Assembly: GCA_963844255.1 (NCBI GenBank) | Contig: CAWJNP010000018.1 | Coordinates: forward strand, 14,847 to 78,846 | From: an uncultured beta proteobacterium | GTDB lineage: Bacteria > Pseudomonadota > Gammaproteobacteria > Burkholderiales > SG8-39 | Length of the DNA stretch: 64,000 nt | Reading direction: 5' to 3' | Shown here: one piece after another, positions 40,413 through 49,048 of the stretch | Position numbering within the stretch: position 1 is the first letter of the stretch | How the letters are laid out: each line of letters begins with the position of its first letter | Program-made: the position numbers and the translations under genes | Notes under the pieces: model-generated | Seen by the model: only the letters and a program-made list of their open reading frames with translations | Database searches by the model: none | Told to the model about the DNA's origin: nothing

Positions 40413-41484
40413 TCAGGCTTTTGCCTTGCGGTTGAGTTCCAGGCGCGCATCGACAATGCCCACCAGTTCGTCGAGCACCGCGGAGCGCATGCCTTTCTGC
40501 GCCGCCACGGTCTGCACCAGGCGGTCGACCCGCTCGATGTTGGGCGCCCCGCCGAACAAGGCGCGCGCGGCTGACGAGGGGTTGGCGAGCCCCTGCGCGG
40601 CGGCGGCGTACTTCTCGAACGGCACGAGGTCCTTCTCGTTCGCGCCCAGCGACACGCACGAGCTTCACGACCCAGTTGAAGACCTCGCGCGAGGCCGCGA
40701 GATCGGAGTGCACGGCGTCCTTGATCGGACGCATCGCGTCCTTCTGTACGCAGCGATAGTTGCCGGCGATCAGCATCGCCCACTTGGCCAGCGGCACGAA
40801 CACCGACTCGTGCACCTTCAGCTTGACCGGCAGTTCGATCATTCCGGATCCGGTGTCGAAGCGCACCGCCTCGATGTCCGCCTCCAGTTCGCGCAGCATC
40901 GCGGTGTGCGCATCCGACGCGAAGCGCGCCGACTTGAAGTTGGTCGGCAGGCGCACCTGCAGCACGTTGACCTTTTCCTCCGGCGGACGAAACGCCTGCG
41001 GATCCGGGCTGCACAGCGTCATCAGCGTCGGATCGAAGCTGTCCCACACCTCGGGATCCTTGTAGCAGCTGCGGCAGGCCTTCACGTCGATGCCGGGGAT
41101 ACGCGCGAGATAGGTCAGCGGCGGCATGTTCATGATCGACATGCAGGGCACCTTCGCCTTCGCCACGGCGTCCAGCAGTTCGCGCACGCCGGGCGAGCGG
41201 TACTGCGGCTCCTGCATCGCGAGCACGACCAGATCGTAATCGGCGGGATTGGCCGACTGCGGACCGCCCGCGGACAGTTTCCCGGAGAGCTTCCTCGACT
41301 CGATCTCCACCAGGCCTTCGCGGCCCTTGATCGGCATGCGCACGATGGCGCCTTCGGAATTGAATAGATCCGCTTCGGCGGGCAGGCAGATCAGCTTCAC
41401 CGTATGGCCGGCATGCAGCAGCTTGATTGCCAGCAGCGAGCCATAGGAGGCGCCCATGATCAGGATCTTGCGCATTGTGCTCAT
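40413..41484 (-). pseudogene. NAD(P)-binding Rossmann-fold oxidoreductase of unclear family (ketopantoate-reductase-like layout), one +1 insertion as assembled
   Basis: MSTMRKILIMGASYGSLLAIKLLHAGHTVKLI (GxxxG dinucleotide fold) ... FNWVVKLV / LSLGANEKDLVPFEKYAAAAQGLANPSSAARALFGG... The frame shifts near 40655. The start at complement 41482-41484 is preferred over the upstream extension. Confidence 0.6.
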
Positions 41485-41689
41485 TGGATTTTTTTCTCCG
41501 GCCATCTGAAATTTGTATCCGCATGCTATGCATTGCACCGGAACAGCGCAATGAGGAATCCGCATGGACGAACGGTCGCGATCAACTGCTGCACCGCAAC
41601 CTTGGCGCTTGACCAGAGTTTCCGGGGTCGCCATCCTGCTTGCGCTTGCGAAGACGCCCTCCCCTGCGCTCAACCTCTTCTGACATCAC

Positions 41690-42496
41690 TTGAAAATCCG
41701 CCGCAACGATCCCGGAATGCCGGATCCGGACCGTCAGTTCGCCGCCACCCTGTCGCGCGGACTGCAGGTGCTCGCCTGCTTCAGTGCCGCCGAACCCTTC
41801 CTCACGAACCGGGACATTGCTGCACGCACCGGCCTGCCGCGGCCCACGGTGTCGCGTCTGGCGTACACGCTCACGCGCCTGGGCTACCTGCAGCACCATC
41901 CACATCTGGGCAAGTACGGAAAGTACGAGCTGGGCTCGGCGGTGCTCTCCCTTGCGCATCCACTCCTTGCCAACCTCGGCGTGCGCCAGGTCGCGCGCCT
42001 GCCGATGAAGGAACTGGCGGATCATGCGCGGGGCTGGGTATCGCTCGGGATCCGCGAGCGACTCAACATGGTCTACATCGAAACCGCGCGCTCCGAGGGC
42101 AGCCGCGCGGTCAAACCCGATATCGGCCAGACCTTCCCGATCGTCGTCTCGGCAATGGGCAGGGCCTACCTCGCCGCATTGCCCGCGCACGAGCGCACCG
42201 CAATGATCAACCAGTTGCAAGTCAAGACGCCCGCGCTCTGGAACGCCCACGCCGTGCAGGTCGAGCGCGGGCTGAACGACTACATCGAACGCGGCTTCTG
42301 TCTGGGTCAGGGTGACTACGACCCGCACACGCACACGGTCGCCGTGCCGATCCGCCCGCCAGGCAACGCGCAGGTGATGGTGTTCAACTGCGCAGTCAGG
42401 GTCGAGAACCTGGCGCCCGGCGCGCTGGAGAACGACCTGGGTCCGCGGCTGGCGCAGATGGCGCGCTCGATCGAAAGCGCCCTGGACGCCGCCTGA
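41690..42496 (+). CDS. IclR-family transcriptional regulator
   Basis: HTH LTNRDIAARTGLPRPTVSRLAYTLTRLGYL plus an IclR effector domain (...MVYIETARS...GQTFPIVVSAMGRAYLAAL...). The start could be TTG 41690 or ATG 41717. Confidence 0.85.
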   Translation: MKIRRNDPGMPDPDRQFAATLSRGLQVLACFSAAEPFLTNRDIAARTGLPRPTVSRLAYTLTRLGYLQHHPHLGKYGKYELGSAVLSLAHPLLANLGVRQVARLPMKELADHARGWVSLGIRERLNMVYIETARSEGSRAVKPDIGQTFPIVVSAMGRAYLAALPAHERTAMINQLQVKTPALWNAHAVQVERGLNDYIERGFCLGQGDYDPHTHTVAVPIRPPGNAQVMVFNCAVRVENLAPGALENDLGPRLAQMARSIESALDAA

Positions 42497-42515
42497 ATCG
42501 CGGCATTGCGCGCTT

Positions 42516-43715
42516 TCAGGCGGCGCGCGCCGCCCCGCTTTCGATCATCGCCTCGACCGCGTCCGCGTCGAACCCGGCCTCGAGCAGCACCTCGCGCGTA
42601 TGCTCGCCGAGCAACGGGGCATGCCGCCGGTACCCGGGCGCCGACTCGGACCACTCGGAGGGAACGGCCATCGTACGTATCGTGCCTTCAGTCGGATGCT
42701 CGCGCAGGGTGAAATAGCCGATTGCCGCGAGGTGCTCGTCGGCGATGATGTCCTCGAGGTCGTTCATGCGCTGCGCAGGGATGTCGGCCTGGGCGAACGC
42801 CTCCACCCACTCGGCGGTGGTGCGCCTGGCGATTTCCGCGGCCAGCAGCGCATTGGTGGCGCCATAGTTGCGGCTGCGCGAATCGGCATTCGCGAAGCGC
42901 GCATCCTCATCCATCAGCGCGGGTTTTCCGATCAGTCCGAAGAACGCGCGCCACTGCTTGTCGTTGTAGATCAGGATGCAGATGTAGCCATCGCTGGTCC
43001 GGAAAGGGCGCCGCTCCTTCGAGAGGATGCGCGCATAACCGGGCGCATCGATGCGCGGCTCGAATCCGGCGCCGCCCAGGTGCTCCCCGAGGACCAGCGC
43101 CAGCATGTGCTCGAACATCGGGATGTCGATGCGTTGCCCCTTGCCGGTCTTTTCGCGATAGTAGAGCGCGGCGCCGACGGCGCTCGCGATCTGCTGGCCG
43201 ACGGCCCTGTCCACCAGATTGATCGGCGCGTAATGGGGTTCCTCCGCACCCTGCACCTGGAAAAGCGCGGGCAGGCCGATCGCACCCTGGATCAGGTCTT
43301 CGTAGGCCGGCCGCGCCGCATACGGACCGCGCTGGCTGTAGCCGAACGCCCCCACATAGATGATGCGCGGATTTGCGGCGCTCACCTCCTCGTACGACAG
43401 GCGCAGGCGCGCCATCGCCTGTGGGCGGATGTTGTAGACCAGAACGTCAGCGCCGGCAGCCAGCGCAAGCACCGCGTCACGCGCCTCGGCCCGCTTCAGA
43501 TCCAGCACGACCGAGCGCTTGTTGCGGTTGACGTTCATGAAAAAATGGCTCATCCCGCGGTTGCGGTACGGCCACAGCTGGCGGGTCACGTCACCGTCCG
43601 GGGATTCGACCTTGATCACCTCGGCACCCATGTCGCCGAGTATCTGGGTCGCAAACGGTCCCATCAGCACCGTCGAAAGGTCGATGACGCGTACGCCCTC
43701 GAGCGGGCCGCTCAT
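42516..43715 (-). CDS. Family III CoA-transferase (CaiB/BaiF/Frc type)
   Basis: 399 aa. MSGPLEGVRVIDLSTVLMGPFATQILGDMGAEVIKVE..., ...NKRSVVLDLK.... Confidence 0.9.
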   Translation of the reverse strand: MSGPLEGVRVIDLSTVLMGPFATQILGDMGAEVIKVESPDGDVTRQLWPYRNRGMSHFFMNVNRNKRSVVLDLKRAEARDAVLALAAGADVLVYNIRPQAMARLRLSYEEVSAANPRIIYVGAFGYSQRGPYAARPAYEDLIQGAIGLPALFQVQGAEEPHYAPINLVDRAVGQQIASAVGAALYYREKTGKGQRIDIPMFEHMLALVLGEHLGGAGFEPRIDAPGYARILSKERRPFRTSDGYICILIYNDKQWRAFFGLIGKPALMDEDARFANADSRSRNYGATNALLAAEIARRTTAEWVEAFAQADIPAQRMNDLEDIIADEHLAAIGYFTLREHPTEGTIRTMAVPSEWSESAPGYRRHAPLLGEHTREVLLEAGFDADAVEAMIESGAARAA

Positions 43716-43957
43716 GCGATGCCCAGCACCTTTGCAAGGACCTCGGGCGTCAGTTGCACGCCCGAATAGAATTTACCGTCGACTTCAAGCACCGGCGAGG
43801 AGCGGATGCCGAGATCCTCGATCTTCTCGGCCGCCTCCTCGTCCATCATGAGGTCCCTGGCCTCGAAGGCCACACTGTGCGTCCTGAGGTAGAGCTTCAG
43901 GCGCTCGCAGGGCGCGCACAGTGGCGTCGAATACACGGTCACGCTCGCGGCCGCCAT
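43712..43957 (-). CDS. Glutaredoxin/NrdH-like small redox protein
   Basis: 81 aa. VTVYSTPLCAPCERLKLYL...SSPVLEVDGKFYSG has a CxxC and a cis-Pro-type motif. Its ATG shares one base with the upstream gene's stop (TGATG), and its stop overlaps the CoA-transferase ATG. Confidence 0.8.
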   Translation of the reverse strand: MAAASVTVYSTPLCAPCERLKLYLRTHSVAFEARDLMMDEEAAEKIEDLGIRSSPVLEVDGKFYSGVQLTPEVLAKVLGIA

Positions 43958-44841
43958 CAGACCTTCCCTTCGGCCTTGAGCTTCTTGTAGATCTCCTTCT
44001 TCTTCAGCCAGTCGGCTTCGACTTCGCCGGATTTCCACGGCTGCTCGGGCGTGAACACGCGCTCTTTCCATTCATCACCATGGCTCCAGCGGAACGGGGT
44101 CTGCAGGGTGGTGCGCGGCGCGAAGGCGCTCTCGAGGAGCTTGAAGCCCATCTCGAGGATCGCGCGCTGCTGCTCCGGGTTGTGCGGCTCGCCGCAGGGA
44201 CTGCCGAGCGGGAAGTCGGTGTGTACCACGCGCGCAAGGCCGACGTGCTCGACGATGTCCCGCGCCGCGGCCAGCACCACAGTCGGAATTCCGTTGGCCT
44301 CCAGGTGGCGCGCGACCAGGCTGATGGTCTGGTGGCACACCGGGCAGACCGGCACCAGCACGGCGACATCGGCACCATCCTCCCGGCAGCGCTCGAGCAC
44401 GGCCGGCGCATCGCGTTCGCGCGTGCGGCGCTGGCTGTAGGCATTGAACACGCCGTGAAAGCGCGCGGTCAGCCCGCCGATGCGGCCGGCGGCCAGCGCC
44501 TCGTGCAGGCGCGTGGTCGGAAAGAACGCGTCCACGTCCTCCAGCGTCGTGGCGGCCTGGTCGAAGCTGTGCGAGGGGCTGTAGAGCTGCGCTGCGGGCA
44601 GATCCGAGGGGATCGTGTAGGTCCCGCCGACGATGCCCATCTGCGTTTCATCCTCGACCTGTTCCCCGCCGCGGATCGAGATCTCGCTGGTCGAGATTAG
44701 CGTCACGCGACACTTCGACAGCGGCTTCGTCATGGGCGTGAACGGCACCTCGTCGAAGTGCGCCCACTGGTAGGGTTTGTCGTAGCCCTGCGACAGGTAG
44801 TAGTCGCGGGTCTTGTCGATGTAGCGGACGTAGCTGGTCAT
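43957..44841 (-). CDS. Glycine/sarcosine/betaine/D-proline reductase component-B-like protein (GrdB/PrdB family, Cys-type)
   Basis: MTSYVRYIDKTRDYYLSQGYDKPYQWAHFDEVPFTPMTKPLSKCRVTLISTSEI... and ...VAVLVPVCPVCHQTISLVARHLEANGIPTV match my recollection of proteobacterial GRDB-family proteins. This is a family call from memory and needs an HMM check. GGAGGA RBS lies 7 nt upstream. There is no in-frame TGA. Confidence 0.55.
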   Translation of the reverse strand: MTSYVRYIDKTRDYYLSQGYDKPYQWAHFDEVPFTPMTKPLSKCRVTLISTSEISIRGGEQVEDETQMGIVGGTYTIPSDLPAAQLYSPSHSFDQAATTLEDVDAFFPTTRLHEALAAGRIGGLTARFHGVFNAYSQRRTRERDAPAVLERCREDGADVAVLVPVCPVCHQTISLVARHLEANGIPTVVLAAARDIVEHVGLARVVHTDFPLGSPCGEPHNPEQQRAILEMGFKLLESAFAPRTTLQTPFRWSHGDEWKERVFTPEQPWKSGEVEADWLKKKEIYKKLKAEGKV

Positions 44842-45084
44842 GGCGGATCCTCCGGAGGGTACGGACGGATCATCGATAACCGCTGCCAGCCCTGTCAACA
44901 CATCGATCCGAGCGTTCGCGTATTGAAACGTAACATGACTTACCGCAGTGCGAAAAACGGTTTCTATATTTCAATCTGCGAAATATATCGCCGATATGCC
45001 AGATCGGGCGTTGCGCAGGCGGAGCCCCATGACGAATACTCCTTCCATGCTGGTGCTTCCCCGAACCTTCAGAGGGTATTCAAG

Positions 45085-45711
45085 ATGACTGCATCGCCAC
45101 AGCCAGAATCGATCAGCGATGTTGTCGCCGAGCGCATGCAGCTCGTGCGCGCGATGCTGGTACGCGTGCGCAGCCTCGCCGAACCCGGTGTCGACCGAGC
45201 GGTCCTTGCCCGTATCGAGACCGAGTTGAAGTCACTCGCGGCACGACGCGATCTGTTTCCGGTCGAGGAGTTCCCGCCGCTTGAAGGCGGCAATTCGAGC
45301 ATGTACCGGCTGTCGGAAGATCCCGACCATCGCTACGCACTCTACGTCGTTGCGCCCGCACCCGGCGGCTTCGCTCCGCCGCACGATCATTCCACCTGGG
45401 CGGTGATTGCGGGCGTACACGGTCGCGAGAACAACAAGCTCTACACGCGCACCGACGACCGCTCGCAGCCGGGCGTGGCGCATATCGAGCAATCCGGTGA
45501 AATCGACATCGTGGCCGGGACGGCGGTCGCACTGATGCCGGAGGACATCCATTCGATTCACCTGGGCGCCGACGGTCCGCACTGCAACCTGCACCTCTAC
45601 GGCATGAGCGTCGAGCACTGCCCCGAGCGCAGGATGTACAGCCGCTCCAAGGGCACCTTCAAGAACTTCCCGGCAGCGACCGGGATACGGCCGGCCCGTG
45701 GGGCCGATTGA
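45085..45711 (+). CDS. Cupin of the cysteine-dioxygenase type I (thiol dioxygenase) family
   Basis: 208 aa. N-terminal helical region then GGFAPPHDHSTWAVIAGVHG (G-x5-H-x-H with no Glu, as in CDO homologues). The third His is in PEDIHSIH and a Tyr in NLHLYG. Confidence 0.65.
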   Translation: MTASPQPESISDVVAERMQLVRAMLVRVRSLAEPGVDRAVLARIETELKSLAARRDLFPVEEFPPLEGGNSSMYRLSEDPDHRYALYVVAPAPGGFAPPHDHSTWAVIAGVHGRENNKLYTRTDDRSQPGVAHIEQSGEIDIVAGTAVALMPEDIHSIHLGADGPHCNLHLYGMSVEHCPERRMYSRSKGTFKNFPAATGIRPARGAD

Positions 45712-45732
45712 GTCAACCACGCTGGAGACCGA

Positions 45733-46701
45733 ATGAAACGCCTGATCCGAATCGCCGTCACGCTGGCCGCCGCCTGCATCCCGTTTACCGCCCCCGCCCA
45801 GGGCTATCCTGCCAAGCAGGTGAAGATGATCGTGCCCTTTCCCCCGGGAGGAACCACCGACATCATGGCGCGCGTGATCGCCGAACGCCTGCAGTCGAGC
45901 CTCGGACAGGCCTTCGTGGTCGAGAACCGCAGCGGTGCCGGCGGGGTCATCGGGACCGACGCCGCTGCAAAGGCCACGCCTGACGGTTACACCATACTGC
46001 TGTCCTCGTCGGCGCCGCTCGCCGTGGGCCTCAAGCTTTACCAGAAAGTCCCCTATTCAGTGCAGCACGACCTGGCGCCGGTCTCGATGGTTGGCGACGT
46101 GTCCATGGTGCTGGTGGCAGGCAGCGCGTTCAAGGCCAAAGGTGTAAAGGAGACGATCGCCTATGCGAAGGAAAATCCGGGCAAGCTCACAATTGCACTG
46201 AACGCGCTGGGGTCCCAGGGCCACCTGCTGACCGAACTGTTTCGCCTGCGCACCGGCACCTCGATCAACATCATCCCGTACAAGGGCTCGGGCCCTGCGG
46301 TGATCGATCTGATCGCGGGCGTGGTGGACGCGGACTTTGAAAATCTGCCCGCCGTGATCGAGCACATCAAGGCTGGCAGGCTGCGCGCACTGGCCGTCCT
46401 TTCCGCCAAGCGCTCCGAGCTCCTGCCCGACGTGCCGACCTTCGTCGAGCTCGGCATGCCGGAATTCGTCGCTTCGCCCTGGTTCGCGATCGTGGCCCCG
46501 GCGGGAACCCCGCGCGAGGTCATCACCACGCTCAACCGGGAGATCAACAAGGTGCTAGGCTCACCCTCGGTCAGAACGGTGTTCTCCAAACAGGGCGCCA
46601 ACCCCCTGATCGCCACACCCGAGGAAACCGGAAAATTCATCCGCGAGGAGATAGAAAAGTGGGCCAAAATCGTCGCGGAGACCGGCGCCAAGCTCCAGTA
46701 G
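45733..46701 (+). CDS. Bug-family (TctC-like) tripartite tricarboxylate transporter substrate-binding protein
   Basis: Signal peptide, YPAKQVKMIVPFPPGGTTDIMARVIAERL..., ...IPYKGSGPAVIDLIAGVVDA.... 322 aa. No tctA or tctB lies nearby. Confidence 0.9.
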   Translation: MKRLIRIAVTLAAACIPFTAPAQGYPAKQVKMIVPFPPGGTTDIMARVIAERLQSSLGQAFVVENRSGAGGVIGTDAAAKATPDGYTILLSSSAPLAVGLKLYQKVPYSVQHDLAPVSMVGDVSMVLVAGSAFKAKGVKETIAYAKENPGKLTIALNALGSQGHLLTELFRLRTGTSINIIPYKGSGPAVIDLIAGVVDADFENLPAVIEHIKAGRLRALAVLSAKRSELLPDVPTFVELGMPEFVASPWFAIVAPAGTPREVITTLNREINKVLGSPSVRTVFSKQGANPLIATPEETGKFIREEIEKWAKIVAETGAKLQ

Positions 46702-46714
46702 ACATGCGGGCCGC

Positions 46715-49048
46715 ATGAGCACGCCCCTGCTCACCTCGATGCACTGGGGTATCTACGAAGTCGAGCGCGAAGCCGGCCGGGTCACAGGACTGCGCCCCTT
46801 TGCGCACGACCCCGATCCGTCCCCCATCGGCAGCGCGGTCGCAGCAGCCGTCACCGGACCCACCCGGGTGCGCCGACCGGCCGTGCGACGCAGCCTGATC
46901 GAGCACGGACCCGGCGCCGCGCCGGAACGCCGCGGCATCGACCCTTTCGTCGAGGTTTCCTGGGACGAAGCACTCGACCTGGTCGCAGGCGAAATTGCAC
47001 GCGTGCGTACAACGCACGGCAACGCGGCGATCTTTGCCGGTTCCTATGGCTGGTCGAGCGCGGGACGCTTTCATCACGCGCAAAGCCAGGTGCACCGCTT
47101 CATGAACTGCGCCGGTGGCTACACCGGGCATGTGGGCACCTACAGCCTCGGTGCCGCGCGCACCCTGATGCCGCGGATCCTCATGTCGATGGACGACATC
47201 ATCGGGCGCATGACGTCCTGGCCGGTGCTGGAAGCGCATTGCGAATTGTTCGTCGCTTTCGGCGGCCTGCCGGGGAAGAACGCGCAGGTCGGCACCGGGG
47301 GGGCCTCGCAACACTGGCTGCGCGGCGGGCTGGCCCGTCTGGCAGCGGCTGGCTGCACGATCGTGAATATCAGCCCGGCGCGCACCGACCTGGACTGCGG
47401 CGCCGACGGATGCGTCGAGTGGCTGCCGATCCGTCCAAATACCGATGTCGCGCTGATGCTCGCGCTCGCGCACGAACTGCACAGGCACCGGCGACACGAC
47501 CGCAGCTTCCTTGATACCCACTGCGCCGGCTATCCGGAGTTCGAACGCTACCTGACCGGGGACGCCGACGGCCAGCCCAAGGATGCGCGCTGGGCGTCGG
47601 ACATCACCGGCATCGCACCCGAACGAATCTCGCAGCTCGCCGGGCGCATGGCGGCAAAGCGAACCATGCTGAACGCAAGCTGGTCGCTGCAGCGGGCCGA
47701 CCACGGGGAACAGCCTTTCTGGATGCTCGTGACGCTGGCCGCCATGCTGGGGCAGATCGGCCTGCCCGGCGGCGGCTTCGGCCTGGGCTATGCGGCAATC
47801 AACAACGCTGGCGCGAACGGCGCCGCCTTCTCCGGGCCAGTGCTGCCACAGGGCGCCAACGCAGTGAAGACCCAGATCCCGGTGGCGCGGATCGCCGACA
47901 TGCTGCTCGACCCCGGCGGGCGACTGGAATTCAACGGCGACACGCTCGTCTATCCCGACATCCGGCTGATCTACTGGGCAGGCGGAAACCCGTTTCATCA
48001 TCACCAGGACATCAACCGGCTGATCGCCGCCTGGCGTCGGCCCGAGACCATCGTTGTCAACGAGCAGTACTGGACTGCGAGTGCAAAGATGGCCGACGTG
48101 GTGCTGCCTGCCACCACCATGCTCGAGCGTGACGACATCGGCAGCGCCACGCGCGACCGCTACATGGTCGCAATGAAACGCGCAATCGAACCGGTGGGCG
48201 AAGCGCGCGACGACTATGCGATTTTCAGCGCGCTCTCCGCGCGCCTCGGCTCGCACACGGCCTATACCGAAGGGCGCGACCCCATGCAGTGGCTGCGCGA
48301 ACTGTACGCGCGCTCGCGCGTGCGCGCGCGCGACTTCGACATCGACCTGCCGGACTTCGACCTGTTCTGGTCGCGCGGCCTGCTCGAAATGCCGGCGCCG
48401 GCGCGGCCCGCGGTGTTCCTCGATGCGTTTCGCGCCGACCCGCAGGCCAATCCCCTGCCCACCCCCACCGGTCGAATCGAGATTCATTCGCACACCATCG
48501 CCGCGTTCGGCTATGCCGACTGTCCCGGCCACCCGGTCTGGCTGGAGCCCGCGGAATGGCTGGGAAGCCGGCAGCCTGGCGATCTGCGCCTGCACCTGCT
48601 GTCAAACCAGCCTTCCACCAAACTGCACAGCCAGTACGACCATGGTGCGCTCAGCCGGGCAAACAAGATCCGTGACCGCGAACCCGTGCTCCTGAATCCG
48701 GACGACGCGGCGGAGCGCGGCATCTCGGCTGGCGACGTCGTGCGCGTATTCAACGAACGCGGCGCCTGCCTTGCCGGCGCCCGCCTCGATGCGGGCCTGC
48801 GCCGCGGCGTGGCGATGATGGCCACGGGCGCCTGGTACGACCCGCTCGATCCAGCCGAGGACGGCACACTCGACAAGCACGGCAACCCCAATGTACTGAC
48901 GCGCGACCGGGGCACGTCCCGGCTCACGCAAGGCTGCAGCGCACATACCGCACTGGTCGATATCGAACGCTACGATGGCGCGCTGCCGCCGATCACGGCC
49001 TTCGATCCGCCAGCCTTTGCATCCCGACAACTCAAGGAACACGAATGA
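46715..49048 (+). CDS. Cytoplasmic molybdopterin oxidoreductase of the DMSO-reductase family, BisC/TorZ (S-/N-oxide reductase) type
   Basis: 777 aa with no signal or TAT motif and no N-terminal Fe-S Cys cluster. ...TSMHWGIYEVE..., GSYGWSSAGRFHHAQSQVHRF..., NPFHHHQD, and a C-terminal ...TLDKHGNPNVLTRDRGTSRLTQG barrel. Confidence 0.85.
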   Translation: MSTPLLTSMHWGIYEVEREAGRVTGLRPFAHDPDPSPIGSAVAAAVTGPTRVRRPAVRRSLIEHGPGAAPERRGIDPFVEVSWDEALDLVAGEIARVRTTHGNAAIFAGSYGWSSAGRFHHAQSQVHRFMNCAGGYTGHVGTYSLGAARTLMPRILMSMDDIIGRMTSWPVLEAHCELFVAFGGLPGKNAQVGTGGASQHWLRGGLARLAAAGCTIVNISPARTDLDCGADGCVEWLPIRPNTDVALMLALAHELHRHRRHDRSFLDTHCAGYPEFERYLTGDADGQPKDARWASDITGIAPERISQLAGRMAAKRTMLNASWSLQRADHGEQPFWMLVTLAAMLGQIGLPGGGFGLGYAAINNAGANGAAFSGPVLPQGANAVKTQIPVARIADMLLDPGGRLEFNGDTLVYPDIRLIYWAGGNPFHHHQDINRLIAAWRRPETIVVNEQYWTASAKMADVVLPATTMLERDDIGSATRDRYMVAMKRAIEPVGEARDDYAIFSALSARLGSHTAYTEGRDPMQWLRELYARSRVRARDFDIDLPDFDLFWSRGLLEMPAPARPAVFLDAFRADPQANPLPTPTGRIEIHSHTIAAFGYADCPGHPVWLEPAEWLGSRQPGDLRLHLLSNQPSTKLHSQYDHGALSRANKIRDREPVLLNPDDAAERGISAGDVVRVFNERGACLAGARLDAGLRRGVAMMATGAWYDPLDPAEDGTLDKHGNPNVLTRDRGTSRLTQGCSAHTALVDIERYDGALPPITAFDPPAFASRQLKEHE

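Noticed and set aside
43957-44841. Selenocysteine recoding in the GrdB-like gene
   Set aside because: The ORF is uninterrupted, with no in-frame TGA, so no SECIS element is required. Cys residues occupy the candidate redox motif.
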